A DNA stretch of 64,000 nucleotides, taken from positions 310,001-374,000 of the forward strand of contig OW569350.1 of the NCBI GenBank assembly GCA_937625935.1. Reading direction: 5' to 3'. The notes under the pieces are model-generated. The model was given only the letters and a program-made list of their open reading frames with translations. It was not told the DNA's origin and made no database searches. Below, piece by piece: positions 9,059-20,556 of the stretch (position 1 is the stretch's first letter; each line of letters begins with the position of its first letter). Source of the stretch: Tetramitus jugosus (lineage: Eukaryota > Protista > Heterolobosea). The position numbers and the translations under genes were made by a program.

Positions 9059-10900
9059 ATGACAACAACAGAGAAACTCAACCATTCTCATCATCCTGAT
9101 TTACTATGTCAATTACCCACCGAGAACAAACTACTCATTCTCAATTTTCTCATCGTCTTTTTCGATTATCCAACAACCAATCACAACAACAATAATAATA
9201 ATAATAATAATACTGATGATGATGATGTTGTGAGTGCCACAGACATCCCTCATACTACAACAACAAAAAATCTTGATCCATTCATGCAACACAATGCTCA
9301 ATTCTGCAATGAACCATTCCTCTTTAACAACATTCAATCTCTCATTCGACTCTCCATGGTCAACTCTCATTGGCATCAATTGATGTTGAGCAGTCGGATG
9401 AATCGATTGTGGAAATGTTGTCTGTACGGTATGACCCAACAAAAATCATTGATTAAACAATTGACTCGAACATGTAAACAACAACAAAAGAATGTCAATG
9501 TGTCAATCTTGTTGAAAAATGAGTGCGTCAAGCAATGGTTTTCATTGTGTTATTGTGAAAATAGACAAAGGGAATTGACACTGTGTTTGGAATCGTGTTT
9601 TCCATTGGACAGTGCACCAATGTATCAAAAAAAGAAGCCCATGGTGTTGCGAAGGTGCAAACAATTGTTAATGACCGATAAAAGATTGAAATCTCACTTG
9701 GATATTGGTGAAAATAGTGGAAGTGAAGAAAATGATAAGAGTGAAAATGATAATGTGCTTGAGAGTGCACCCAGTGTTCACTCTAGTGCATTGACCTTGT
9801 TTTGTCAATTGTTTTGGAAGTATTGCAGAATACCGCGATTGCGACATGAACCACAAAAGCAGCGGCAGTATTCATGGTGGTTACTACGCGATTTGTTGTC
9901 ATTGTTTGTCGAGTGTGGTATTCACATTTATGAATCATTTGAGTTTGAGCAATTGGGAAGTCCGTTGAATGCGGATATGGTTCGATTTTGTTTCTTTTCA
10001 GCATTGAATGTGGTCAATGCAGACGACGGAGAAGGATTGGCAGTACCTGTGTCAACCATTTTGATTTTGTGCTTGCATGATGATCGAAACATGGAAAACG
10101 AGTTGTTGATGCACTTTGTGTCATTGTTGAGTGAACGTGAAATGGATTTGGCACTGAGAAGAACAGAAAAGATTGTAGATATGCCATTGGAAGCATATGT
10201 TGGCTTTCGATTGGATCCTGGGGCATTGTCATGTTTGGCACCTCATATTAGCCAATTTAGAAAATCAGTACCTGAGCCCTATTCGCTCGCAGGTCTGGGC
10301 AACAAGTTCTTGTCCATGTTTTTCTCTCAGTTGAACATTGGATCGCCCACCAATTTCAAATCGATAATTAAAACCATGGTGCAGTACTGTCAACTCGATC
10401 TGAATGAAAAGGTGATGGCAGGTGATGATTTTTTACTTCGGTGGTTCAGCTATTGGAGAAACTCAGAATCGTCGCTACAAATCGATCACTTTATGCTCGA
10501 TATAGTACTATTTCTGGTGAATGAGATGAAGATGGACATTGGAACGACGAATGACGCAGGGAATACGATCATGCACTATCTGGTGCGAGAGAACCCAGCT
10601 TTCCATGCTGTTTCTCCCCTGTTTACAAATGGTAAACTTCGACCGCATATGATTCAATTACTCAGCAAGGAAAACACTAAGAATCGCATCCCAATCGAAG
10701 AACACTTGGAATACATCAAGAAATTGCCTCCCATCACGCGGTCACTCGATCTAGATTATCGCATCTTGCGCATTCTGTGTGAATACACGGATCCAAAAGT
10801 GTGCAAACAACGTAAGATTGCACCTCAGATTATCAATATCCTCAAGGACAAAAATGTCAGCACCACCTTACAACAACAATTGACAAGTAAAATGACCTAA
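9059..10900 (+). CDS. F-box-like protein with C-terminal ankyrin-like repeat
   Basis: Split F-box pattern LCQLPTENKLLILNFL...LIRLSMVNSHWHQL. Ankyrin-like NDAGNTIMHY. Confidence 0.6.
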   Translation: MTTTEKLNHSHHPDLLCQLPTENKLLILNFLIVFFDYPTTNHNNNNNNNNNTDDDDVVSATDIPHTTTTKNLDPFMQHNAQFCNEPFLFNNIQSLIRLSMVNSHWHQLMLSSRMNRLWKCCLYGMTQQKSLIKQLTRTCKQQQKNVNVSILLKNECVKQWFSLCYCENRQRELTLCLESCFPLDSAPMYQKKKPMVLRRCKQLLMTDKRLKSHLDIGENSGSEENDKSENDNVLESAPSVHSSALTLFCQLFWKYCRIPRLRHEPQKQRQYSWWLLRDLLSLFVECGIHIYESFEFEQLGSPLNADMVRFCFFSALNVVNADDGEGLAVPVSTILILCLHDDRNMENELLMHFVSLLSEREMDLALRRTEKIVDMPLEAYVGFRLDPGALSCLAPHISQFRKSVPEPYSLAGLGNKFLSMFFSQLNIGSPTNFKSIIKTMVQYCQLDLNEKVMAGDDFLLRWFSYWRNSESSLQIDHFMLDIVLFLVNEMKMDIGTTNDAGNTIMHYLVRENPAFHAVSPLFTNGKLRPHMIQLLSKENTKNRIPIEEHLEYIKKLPPITRSLDLDYRILRILCEYTDPKVCKQRKIAPQIINILKDKNVSTTLQQQLTSKMT

Positions 10901-11009
10901 GCAAATACCGTAAAACATCGGAAAATCACCCTGCATGACATTTCGCATTTTTTTTTGCCAGCGTTTCCGGAGAGAAGAACAAAGCACAACTGAAACAACA
11001 GGAAGACAC

Positions 11010-13433
11010 ATGTGCATTCAATCAAGCATCACCAAATATGTAATCTGTTATGAGACAGTACAATCATACATATCCTACTCTATTCTCCTCCGAGTGTACA
11101 ACAAGTACAGTTGGATCATTGAAAAAAGATATGCTGATTTTATTCAACTGTACTCGTCACTCAAAACAACACTGAAAATGATGGAGGGAGGAGAGCACGT
11201 GCTACAACACAAGCTCAACACATTTCCACCAAAGCTTCTCTACCGTAACATGAACGAGAAGGGATTGGAGCAACGAAAGTTTCAATTGGAAGCTTGGCTC
11301 AATTGCGTATTGGAGGACAATTTGTGTCAATCGTTGGTATGTGTTCAAGATTGGTTGCAAGTGCCCGATTCAGTGTCGATCGATCGTCAACAAGCTCAAA
11401 TTCATTGGAATCAGCGCTTGTATGAACAAACAGAGAATGAGCAGCAACGTCTGGATGCTCTTGTTGAAAAATTGAAGCTAAAGTGGAGTCATGTGTTTCC
11501 ATCGCCGAATCAAATCATGCATCAATCTACAATGGAGCGCATGGTTGAACTGCATTCGCGAGAGTATTGGGTGCAATACTTGTTGGGCATGAATCATTTG
11601 AGGCCATTTTTGAACAGAAATGGAACCATTAATTTGCATTTTGTAATGATTGTTCCACCATTGAATGACAATAGTAATTTAAGTTATGATAATAGTAGCG
11701 ATAGTAAGAGTACGAGTAATAGTTTGACTCTGTTCCATAGTGCGATACAAATTGGACCGTTTGTCATACAGTGGAACTGTGATTCATTGGTTTCGATTCA
11801 ACACTATGAATTGATGAAGAACTCGATTATTTCATCGACAAAAATTGCATCGATACCGATGCATAGAGCCAACAGAACGGTGGAAGACAATTATGATATG
11901 CACTCCTTGTTGAATTGCATTTGTTTTTATACGTTGTCAGCGCAGTTTGATTCACGCCATTGCAATGATCACGATTTTGTCAATGATTGCTTGTCTGTAC
12001 TTGGAATTGATCTGGAGGATTCGATTGGATCATACAAGAAGAGTAGATTGTATCAATCGTTGGAAAATACGCCCTATTTGTATCGATATCTCGTATGGTT
12101 GAAGCATCCGCTTGAATATATTAATCTTCGAAAAGAGGAAGAAACAAACGCAGGGTCGACAACCATGGGCGATTTAACTTTTCCGTTCGAACAACACCAG
12201 GATCTAGATATATTAGTGAATACGATCGTAGGAAACCTGTACTATAAAACAGAGGACACAGACCATGCTGAAGCATTGAAAATGTTTTGTGATGAATTTC
12301 CTCTCGAATACAGTATTTTGTGTGCTATTGATAACGCTATGTGGATAAATCATTTGAGTAACGATGCTTCGACCAATAGTGAGCCACTGTGCATGTACAC
12401 TGATTGCATATGTCCATTCCATTACGGCAGAAAGGGAACAAATCCAATGAGTGTCACGAGTCCACTACAGCATCATGTATTTACGCACAACACGACAAAT
12501 ATTGACTATAACCAATCTCATGCACGAATATTGAGTCTATGTGGTTGTGGTATGAGAAGTTACTATATTCTGTTGATGTTGAAGAAACTGGAACAAGTAA
12601 CTGGTAGAAAAACGAGAGACCTGTTTGACTTGGTTGTGGGATCACAGCTCAGTTCAATCATTGCTGTAGGTATCTACTTGGGAACGCCGATTGATGATCT
12701 GATTGATATGTTTGTTCACTTCTCAGACAATATATTTATGAACAAGGTATCTGAAGATCCATTGGTGAGTCAAAAGCGATTGGAGAATGTCATTGCGGCC
12801 ACGATTCTGAACGGTAATGTGAATGCAGTTTTGGTAGATAACGGATTCAAGTGTCAAGTAGCTCTAGTCTCCTCTCGTTATGATCGATGCTTGCATACCT
12901 CTACGTGCGTATTCACCTCCTATCCTGCCAATAGCAGGCACTATTGCTACACTGTTAAAACAAATGCTCCTATTTTGTCCGCACTAAGAGCATGCTGTGC
13001 TATCCCAGGTTATTTCGAACCAGTCGTACGAGGTGATACCTCTTATCAATCCAGTGACCAATTTCTGGATCCGTCTGAAATTGCTCTCTGCGAGTCGAAT
13101 AGACTCTTTCCGAACAGAAAAGTAGCCATGTTGACGTTGGGTGTCAAACTGTCATCCAGCACTGATGACGAGGACGCTTCCAAGGAATCTGAACGCAACT
13201 CACTTCATGGATTAACTCTTGTTGATGAACAGAGTAACCAGACGCACCAAAATGTTCAACACTGGCTATCTCTATCACCAAAGAAGCCCATCCGATATTA
13301 TCGATTTGCACCTGATGATGCAAGCAACGGTGAAACGAGTCCAGATGTAATACAATTGCGAACACAAGTATATCTATCGAGAGAGGAAGAACCTTTCGCA
13401 TCAATGTGTGAGAGTATGTTCCAACATAAATAA
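11010..13433 (+). CDS. PX domain plus degenerate patatin-like phospholipase domain protein
   Basis: PX motifs EKRYADFIQL...FPPK...LEQRKFQLEAWL. Patatin-like RILSLCGCGMR, DLFDLVVGSQLSSIIA and ALRACCAIPGYFEP. Confidence 0.75.
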   Translation: MCIQSSITKYVICYETVQSYISYSILLRVYNKYSWIIEKRYADFIQLYSSLKTTLKMMEGGEHVLQHKLNTFPPKLLYRNMNEKGLEQRKFQLEAWLNCVLEDNLCQSLVCVQDWLQVPDSVSIDRQQAQIHWNQRLYEQTENEQQRLDALVEKLKLKWSHVFPSPNQIMHQSTMERMVELHSREYWVQYLLGMNHLRPFLNRNGTINLHFVMIVPPLNDNSNLSYDNSSDSKSTSNSLTLFHSAIQIGPFVIQWNCDSLVSIQHYELMKNSIISSTKIASIPMHRANRTVEDNYDMHSLLNCICFYTLSAQFDSRHCNDHDFVNDCLSVLGIDLEDSIGSYKKSRLYQSLENTPYLYRYLVWLKHPLEYINLRKEEETNAGSTTMGDLTFPFEQHQDLDILVNTIVGNLYYKTEDTDHAEALKMFCDEFPLEYSILCAIDNAMWINHLSNDASTNSEPLCMYTDCICPFHYGRKGTNPMSVTSPLQHHVFTHNTTNIDYNQSHARILSLCGCGMRSYYILLMLKKLEQVTGRKTRDLFDLVVGSQLSSIIAVGIYLGTPIDDLIDMFVHFSDNIFMNKVSEDPLVSQKRLENVIAATILNGNVNAVLVDNGFKCQVALVSSRYDRCLHTSTCVFTSYPANSRHYCYTVKTNAPILSALRACCAIPGYFEPVVRGDTSYQSSDQFLDPSEIALCESNRLFPNRKVAMLTLGVKLSSSTDDEDASKESERNSLHGLTLVDEQSNQTHQNVQHWLSLSPKKPIRYYRFAPDDASNGETSPDVIQLRTQVYLSREEEPFASMCESMFQHK

Positions 13434-13502
13434 TTATTGTCCTACCTCAGAAAAGATACAATGTACATTTTTGCTTTGTTCAATCAAAAGTCCCTCTAGT
13501 CT

Positions 13503-14402
13503 TTAATTGTCTGTAAACTTTGGTGTACGCTTCTCAGAGAAAGCACTCATTCCTTCCTTTTGATCCTTTGTGGCAAAAGTGGACTGGAATGTTCTCTTTT
13601 CCAAGTTCAATCCCTCAGCCAAAGTAGTCTCAAATGCCTTATTGACAGTCATCTTGGCCAATTGAGTAATTGGACCAGAGTAGGATGCAATGGTGGATGC
13701 CATATCCAAAGCAGTCTTCACCAACTCGTCAGCTGGAACGACTCTTGACACCAAACCAGCCTTCTCTGCCTCTTCAGCAGAGTACATGTTGCCAGTCAAA
13801 TTCCACTCCATTGCCTTTGCCTTTCCAATAGCTCTTGTCAATCTCTGAGTACCACCAATTCCAGGAATGGTGGCCAATTTGATCTCTGGTTGACCAAACT
13901 TTGCCTTATCACCAGCAATAATAATATCGCACATCATTGCAAGTTCACAGCCACCTCCCAATGCATAACCATTGACAGCCGCGATAATAGGCTTCTTTGT
14001 TTGTGGAATCACATCCAAATCACCAAACAAATTCGTCTTGTACACATCAGTAAAGTTCAACACTTGCATCTCCTTGATATCTGCACCGGCAGCAAATGCC
14101 TTATCACTTCCAGTGAGAACAGTGACACGAACAGAGTCATCATTCTCAATCTGTTGGAACACTTGACCCAATTCCTTGCAAAGACTTCTGTTGAGTGCGT
14201 TCAATGCCTTTGGTCTGTTCAATCTCACGATTGCGACACCATTCTCCTGCTTTTCAAACAACAAATTTTCAAATGAAGAAAAGTGAGGGACATTGGTGGA
14301 GAAGTGAGAGGATTGGAAGGTAGTGGTCATAGCTCTTGTCTTGCTAGCAGAAGCAGAGGAAGAGAGGAGTGGTCTAGAGTATCTGGCAAATGAAGAGATC
14401 AT
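13503..14402 (-). CDS. ECHS1: Mitochondrial short-chain enoyl-CoA hydratase
   Basis: LNRPKALNAL, AFAAGADIKEM, KPIIAAVNGYALGGGCELAMMCDII, FGQPEI. Presequence-like N-terminus from the ATG at 14402. Confidence 0.95.
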   Translation of the reverse strand: MISSFARYSRPLLSSSASASKTRAMTTTFQSSHFSTNVPHFSSFENLLFEKQENGVAIVRLNRPKALNALNRSLCKELGQVFQQIENDDSVRVTVLTGSDKAFAAGADIKEMQVLNFTDVYKTNLFGDLDVIPQTKKPIIAAVNGYALGGGCELAMMCDIIIAGDKAKFGQPEIKLATIPGIGGTQRLTRAIGKAKAMEWNLTGNMYSAEEAEKAGLVSRVVPADELVKTALDMASTIASYSGPITQLAKMTVNKAFETTLAEGLNLEKRTFQSTFATKDQKEGMSAFSEKRTPKFTDN

Positions 14403-14865
14403 TGTTTGTTGGGGTGATGTTTGATTGTTTGATTTTTTGTTGTTGGTGTTTTTGATTTTTTTGTTGGCCGCAAGATCAGAGAAAGCTTTTTTTGCCGCTC
14501 GATCGTAGTGAGATGTCATTTGAGTTGAGAAACATCATGTTTTCTGTTGTTGTTGGCCCATACTTCATAATGTATCCAATTTGTTGGTTAAATATTGGAA
14601 ACACGCGTTAATGGACAGAAACCCAAACGTCATTGTTCAGGTAGCTCCCCTTCCTTTGGTTGTGCGCAACTTGGTCATGTTTTGTTGTTTCGTCATCCGT
14701 TGATGCATTTCATAGCGGTCAATTAGATGGATGTCATTTTTTTGCTTGAACATTGAAAGTTCAATGAAAGGGTCAACCAAAAAATGGTCAACTCACAATT
14801 TTGACAAAAATTCACTAAAACAAAACTTCGCACAACAAAAGTCATAACATTCATAGCCATATACA

Positions 14866-15638
14866 ATGAAATCCATTAACCAACAAAAGTCTATCCAAAT
14901 TCCAGAAGGAGGTGAGTTCATTTTCACATTTCACTCTTCTCACCATCAATCAAAGGGACCAACGTTTTTGCAGTGTCATCTTGTCCGTCATTGTTGCAAT
15001 CGTGAGGCTTCTTTGCCTCGAAATCACTGTGTGTCTTTCAAACGCAAATTCCTTGTTCCCTTTGATCGATGGTATTTTTGCGCAAACTTTTTATTAACTC
15101 TATTTTTTCAGTCGAGGTTTCTGTCAAGAACAGAGTCGTCATCGTTAAGGGCCCAAGAGGTGTCTTGAAGAAGGACATCAAGCACATCCATCTTGATATT
15201 CACCAAGACAAGGTCGCTAGAACCATGACCGTTGAAGCATGGCACGGAGACAGAAAGAAGAACGCTCAAGTCAATCTTGTCTGCAGTTTGGTTGAGAACC
15301 TCATCACTGGTGTCCAAAAGGGATACAGACACAAGATGAAGTTTGTCTATGCGCATTTCCCTGTGAACTGTGTCATTACTCCAGACAACAAGACCATTGA
15401 AATCAGAAATTTCTTGGGCGAGAAGTACGTTAGAAGAGTCACAATGTTGGAAGGTGTCACCGTCTCCCTGACTGGTCAAAAGGATGAGATCCAAATTGAA
15501 GGTAACGATTTGGAGAAGGTTTCCCAATCCGCTGCAAACATTCACTGCGCTACTCTTGTCAGAAACAAGGATATCAGAAAGTTCTTGGACGGTATCTATG
15601 TTCACAAGAAGGAACACATTGTTGCTGATGAAGAATAA
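14866..15638 (+). CDS. RPL9: 60S ribosomal protein L9 (uL6), 2 exons; intron 14912-15111
   Basis: Exon 1 MKSINQQKSIQIPEG joins in frame across GTGAGT...TTTCAG to VEVSVKNRVVIVKGPRG...VYAHFP...KDIRKFLDGIYV. Confidence 0.96.
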
Positions 15639-15700
15639 ACATTGTAAGGCTACACAATAAAACTAAAATTGCTTTATTTTTGAACGAGCATCAATATTTT

Positions 15701-16465
15701 TTATTTCTCTTCCTTGTTCTCTGTCTTTTTGGCAAATGCATCGGATCTGATCTGTGGTTTTACACCCAGGAAACGACTCGTTCTACTGTTGCTGTACGCT
15801 CTCGTCATTTCTCTCAACTCTTCCTGTGACATTGAGGATGGATCTTTGGCTTTGACTTCAGATGGATGATAGGCCATATCAGCACTCAACTTGGGAGCTA
15901 ATCCTCTGTTTGGTTGTTGTCCAGCAGACATCTTATTGTTTGGTATGACAGGGTTGATGCCGCTACCTTGGTGCAGAGAAGTATTTGGTTCGTTTGTTGA
16001 GGGATCCGATGGATTCACTGGTGGCAATGGTGATTGTGTTCGATGCGAGATTGTGTCTTCTGATGCATCTGAGTCCACTTGTAACTGCTGTGCAATGAAC
16101 TCGAATCCCTGATTTTGACTGTGGTGCCTCGATGCTCCACTATCACCCATCTGATCTCTCATCTCCATCTGTGCCATCTCTTCCTCCCACAATTGTGCAT
16201 TTCGTCTCGTCTGTTCTCTCACCATCTCCAATCTCTTGCTCAACTCTGGTGTTGGTGCATCATCTCTTCTAAAATGCAGCCAAGAGTACCATTCGGCTGC
16301 CATTTTAGGGAATGGTTCATCGGTCGGATGCTTGAACCAACGTCTCTCACCATTTGACAACTGCTCCGAAAAGTATTTGATGCCTTGAGAATCAACACCT
16401 CTCAAGCGAGATTCGGAAGAGGAAGACACTTTCTTGGCCACTGATTCCCACAACTTTTTAAACAT
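15701..16465 (-). CDS. NDUFA12/NDUFAF2-family complex I subunit or assembly factor with low-complexity C-terminal tail
   Basis: GVDSQGIKYF...RRW...AEWYSWLHFRRDDAPT motif. Confidence 0.75.
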   Translation of the reverse strand: MFKKLWESVAKKVSSSSESRLRGVDSQGIKYFSEQLSNGERRWFKHPTDEPFPKMAAEWYSWLHFRRDDAPTPELSKRLEMVREQTRRNAQLWEEEMAQMEMRDQMGDSGASRHHSQNQGFEFIAQQLQVDSDASEDTISHRTQSPLPPVNPSDPSTNEPNTSLHQGSGINPVIPNNKMSAGQQPNRGLAPKLSADMAYHPSEVKAKDPSSMSQEELREMTRAYSNSRTSRFLGVKPQIRSDAFAKKTENKEEK

Positions 16466-16686
16466 GATGACGATCGCAAATAGTAATAGAATCGATTATC
16501 CAACTCTTGGTTGATTGTTGTTTTTCTGCTGCTTTGTTTGATCAACAACAAACGATGGTAGGAGAGATTGAATGTTCAAGTCGGAGAATGTGGGAAAACT
16601 TCCCACCAAAAGAAAACAAAAAAAAATTCACACACAAAACAAAATTTCAGATTGACCAGTCAGGGACCGACCACTCACAACAAAAG

Positions 16687-17700
16687 ATGATGATGAAGCA
16701 ATTGTTGACAAAAAACTCTAGATTTGCTATGCAAAGAGTTCACATGATGCAAACACCAAGAGCACCATTGATGATGATGCCACAAACAACAACATCTCCA
16801 ATGACTTCCATCCTCGCACAACAACAACAACAATTCCGTCTCTACTCTGCCGAACAAAAAGTTCCAAAGGAACTCATTAAACAGATCCGTGAGGAGACCT
16901 CTGCTCCATTGGGTCAAATTCTCAAGGCACTCAAGGAAACAAACAACAATGTGGAAGAGACAAAGAAGAAGCTTAGAGAGCTTGGAATGTCAATTGCTGC
17001 ACACAAGGCATCTAGAAGTGCAAAGGAAGGTGTCTCTGGCTTTGTCAAGCTTGCCGACAATGACTATATTGTGTTTGAGTTGAATTGTGAGACTGATTTT
17101 GTTGCTCGTGGCGACGAGTTTGGAAAATTGATTTTGGGTGTTCAGGAAAAGTTGAAGTCCAACCCTGAGTTGACCATTGAAGAATTGGTGGAGAAATCCA
17201 AGGATGATATGGCCGCCCTTACCCTCAAAGTCGGTGAAAATATCACAATTCCACGATTGGAGAGATTTACTGGAGAAAATGTGTTTGTTTACATGCACAA
17301 CAAGGCACCAAATGGAGAAAATGTGGCCAACTCGTTTGCTATTGTCGATTTGAGCAAGAATGATAGCTCCTTGGGTACCAATCTCGCCATGCACATTTGT
17401 GGTATGACACCATTGTACACCAGCAGAGATCAAGTTCCTGAGACTGATATCGCTCAAGAGAGAAGCTCCCAAGCTGAAATTCTAAAGAGAGAACAGGAGA
17501 AGTTGTCTGATGAGCTCAAGGAACCAGAAGAGCGCATTCAAAAGATTTTGGACAGAGGTATTGAGAAGTGGTTGAAGGAGGTTTGCTTGATGGATCAGTC
17601 CTACTTGCTCAAGCCAAAGAAGACTATTTCTCAAATTTTGCAAGAGTCTGGCGCTGAGCTCAAGCAGTGGAAGAGAATCAAGGTTGGCCTCAAGAACTAA
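16687..17700 (+). CDS. TSFM: Mitochondrial elongation factor Ts
   Basis: IKQIREETSAP, ELNCETDFVAR, GENI, LAMHI, L+DQSY motifs. Presequence-like N-terminus. Confidence 0.93.
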   Translation: MMMKQLLTKNSRFAMQRVHMMQTPRAPLMMMPQTTTSPMTSILAQQQQQFRLYSAEQKVPKELIKQIREETSAPLGQILKALKETNNNVEETKKKLRELGMSIAAHKASRSAKEGVSGFVKLADNDYIVFELNCETDFVARGDEFGKLILGVQEKLKSNPELTIEELVEKSKDDMAALTLKVGENITIPRLERFTGENVFVYMHNKAPNGENVANSFAIVDLSKNDSSLGTNLAMHICGMTPLYTSRDQVPETDIAQERSSQAEILKREQEKLSDELKEPEERIQKILDRGIEKWLKEVCLMDQSYLLKPKKTISQILQESGAELKQWKRIKVGLKN

Positions 17701-17991
17701 AATTTCAAGACTGACTGACGCAAGTAAACTTTTTGATTTTTGTTTCCAACATACAACGAGCTCTCTACTCTATGCGATTGTTCAGCCAGTGATGGTTGTA
17801 ATACAACAATATCGGCATAATTGGAATATCGTAAACAAAAACTCCTTCTGATCCAATTGCAGAATTTACCCGAACACTGATCTCTTCCTTTCGAGCGAAA
17901 GAGAAAAAAAGCTTTTTTGACACCCAGAAAAAAACAACAACCATCAGAAAAAAGTCGTACTTGTAAAAAAAACACACAGATCACTACTACC

Positions 17992-20370
17992 ATGTCATAC
18001 TCTGCACAGATGGATGATAGTCGTATTGATCATGAAGATGACTATGACGCTCATAGAATGAATGACAATGAACTCGAAGACTTTGACGAAGAAGAGTACA
18101 ATTTTAAGGAGCCAAAACCAAAGCCTATTGTCTTTTGGAGCATTATTATCACATTCTTTGTGCTTGTTCTAGTGAGTGTCGTGTTTGCACTCTTGTTTGC
18201 CACTGGTCTCATCAAGAACAGGTGGGAGGATGTGACACCAGAGAGACAAGACATCAAGTTCAATATACCATTAGAGGCCGTTTTCACTTCGATGACTGCT
18301 GGATTTTTGGCATTGTTTGTCATGACATTCCTGACTTATCGTGTGTTGAACACTGATTGTGGTATCAATGAAGAGAAGGGTGGTAGAATGTATCAGATCA
18401 GTTTGGATATTGCTGAGGGAGCACGTGCCTTTTTGATTCGTGAATTCCAAGTGTTGGGTGTGTTTGTCATTATCGTGGCACTTTCACTCTTGTTGGTCGA
18501 TTCATCAAAGTACAGAATCCCAACTCCATTGTGCTTTATTGGTGGTGCTGTGACTTCTGCCTTGACTTCCATTATTGGTATGTCTATTGCTACGGCTGCC
18601 AATGTGAGAACTGCAAATGCTGCAAGACAGGGATTGAACCCTGCTTTGAGAGTTGCTTTCAATGCTGGATCCGTCATGGGCTTGTCCGTTGTCGGTCTAG
18701 GTCTCGTTTCTCTGTCTGCCTTTTATTTGATCTTTAGAAATTTGAGTGCTTTGGCCGGTTTCGGTTTTGGTGCCTCTTCTATTGCTCTGTTTGCTCGTGT
18801 CGGTGGTGGTATTTATACCAAGGCTGCTGATGTTGGTGCTGATTTGGTCGGTAAGGTCGAAGCCAACATTCCAGAAGACGATCCAAGAAACCCTGCTGTG
18901 ATTGCTGATAACGTTGGTGACAATGTTGGTGATGTTGCTGGTATGGGTGCTGATTTGTTCGAGTCCTACGTCGGTTCTATTATTGCCTGTGCTACTTTGG
19001 GTGCTCAATTCTTTGGTCCTGCTGGTGTCGCTGCTCCATTCTACTTGTCAGCTGGAGGTATCTTGTGTTCTATTATTGGTAGTGCTCTCGTGTCTACTAA
19101 GGAGTCCACCAATCCTGAGGAAGATGTTCAAAGCAAGTTGTTGTTTGCCATCAGAAAGGGTATTTTCTCTGCTGCTGCCATGAATGTGTTGTTGGGTGCC
19201 TTGATCATCTTCTTGTTGTTCGATCCTGCTACTCAAGCATGGGGTATTTTCTTGTGCTTTGTTATTGGATTGGTCGCTGGTGTTTTGATCGGTTTGGCCA
19301 CAGAGTACTGTACATCATTTGCCTATAGGCCAACTCAATCTATTGCTGAGGCAGGTATCACTGGTCCTGCTCCTGTTATTATCAAGGGATTGTCCATTGG
19401 TATGATCTCCACCGTTGCCCCTGTTATTATTATTGTTATTTCTATTGTTGCTGCTGTGTTGTTGGGTGACTGTGCTGGTGGTTCATGCAGCGGTAATGCA
19501 GGAACCGGAATTTATGGTATTGCTATTGCTGCCGTTGGTATGTTGAGCACTTTGGGTGTCACATTGGCAACTGATGCCTATGGCCCAATCGCCGATAATG
19601 CTGGAGGTATTGCTGAGATGGCTGAATTGCCTGCAGAAGTTCGTGAGAAGACTGATGCATTGGATGCTTTGGGTAATACTACTGCTGCAACGGGCAAGGG
19701 TTTTGCCATTGGATCTGCTGTGTTGACTGCTTTGGCATTGATGAATGCCTTCACTCGTGCTGCTGGTATTACTTCAGTTGATTTGTTGCAAAAAGAAGTG
19801 ATTGCTGGATTGTTGATCGGTACTTGCTTGCCATTTATTTTTGCTGCATTGACCATGACAGCTGTTGGTGATGCTGCTATGGCTATTATCTATGAAGTTA
19901 GAAGACAATTCAGAGAAATTGATGGATTGTTGGAGGGCAGAAAGGGTGTTAAGGCTGAGCATAAGAAGTGTGTTGATATTGCAACCAAGGCATCTTTGAG
20001 AAAGATGATTGCTCCTGGTCTTTTGGCTGTTCTTGCGCCAATTGCTATTGGTTTGGCCGGTAGACAAGCAATGTTGGCTGGTATGTTGTGTGGTGCTATT
20101 GCATCTGGTTTCTTGCTCGCTGTCACCATGTCCAACGCTGGTGGTGCCTGGGATAACGCCAAGAAGTACATTGAAGCCAACAAGTTGAAGCATCCAGAAA
20201 CTGGTGAATTGCTACCAAAGGGATCCGAGGCTCACAAGGCAGCTGTCGTTGGTGACACTGTTGGTGATCCATTCAAGGATACTTCTGGTCCTTCATTGAA
20301 CATCTTGATCAAGCTCATGACTGTCATTTCTCTTGTCATTGCTCCTCTATTGAAGAGATTGTATGCTTAG
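17992..20370 (+). CDS. Membrane H+-translocating pyrophosphatase (K+-dependent signature)
   Basis: [66 protein letters not shown]. Confidence 0.97.
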   Translation: MSYSAQMDDSRIDHEDDYDAHRMNDNELEDFDEEEYNFKEPKPKPIVFWSIIITFFVLVLVSVVFALLFATGLIKNRWEDVTPERQDIKFNIPLEAVFTSMTAGFLALFVMTFLTYRVLNTDCGINEEKGGRMYQISLDIAEGARAFLIREFQVLGVFVIIVALSLLLVDSSKYRIPTPLCFIGGAVTSALTSIIGMSIATAANVRTANAARQGLNPALRVAFNAGSVMGLSVVGLGLVSLSAFYLIFRNLSALAGFGFGASSIALFARVGGGIYTKAADVGADLVGKVEANIPEDDPRNPAVIADNVGDNVGDVAGMGADLFESYVGSIIACATLGAQFFGPAGVAAPFYLSAGGILCSIIGSALVSTKESTNPEEDVQSKLLFAIRKGIFSAAAMNVLLGALIIFLLFDPATQAWGIFLCFVIGLVAGVLIGLATEYCTSFAYRPTQSIAEAGITGPAPVIIKGLSIGMISTVAPVIIIVISIVAAVLLGDCAGGSCSGNAGTGIYGIAIAAVGMLSTLGVTLATDAYGPIADNAGGIAEMAELPAEVREKTDALDALGNTTAATGKGFAIGSAVLTALALMNAFTRAAGITSVDLLQKEVIAGLLIGTCLPFIFAALTMTAVGDAAMAIIYEVRRQFREIDGLLEGRKGVKAEHKKCVDIATKASLRKMIAPGLLAVLAPIAIGLAGRQAMLAGMLCGAIASGFLLAVTMSNAGGAWDNAKKYIEANKLKHPETGELLPKGSEAHKAAVVGDTVGDPFKDTSGPSLNILIKLMTVISLVIAPLLKRLYA

Positions 20371-20556
20371 GGTGTATGTACAAACACTGGTACCTGCTTC
20401 ATGCACAAACAACAAATTATATTATACGTAGGACATCCCTATTTGAAATAAAACAACCCATCTTTTGGCCAAAAGCAAGCACAACTTGAGATATTTTTCA
20501 CTTCAACAAAAAAACACATAATAGAGATCTCTCGCAACTCAACAATAATAATAATT

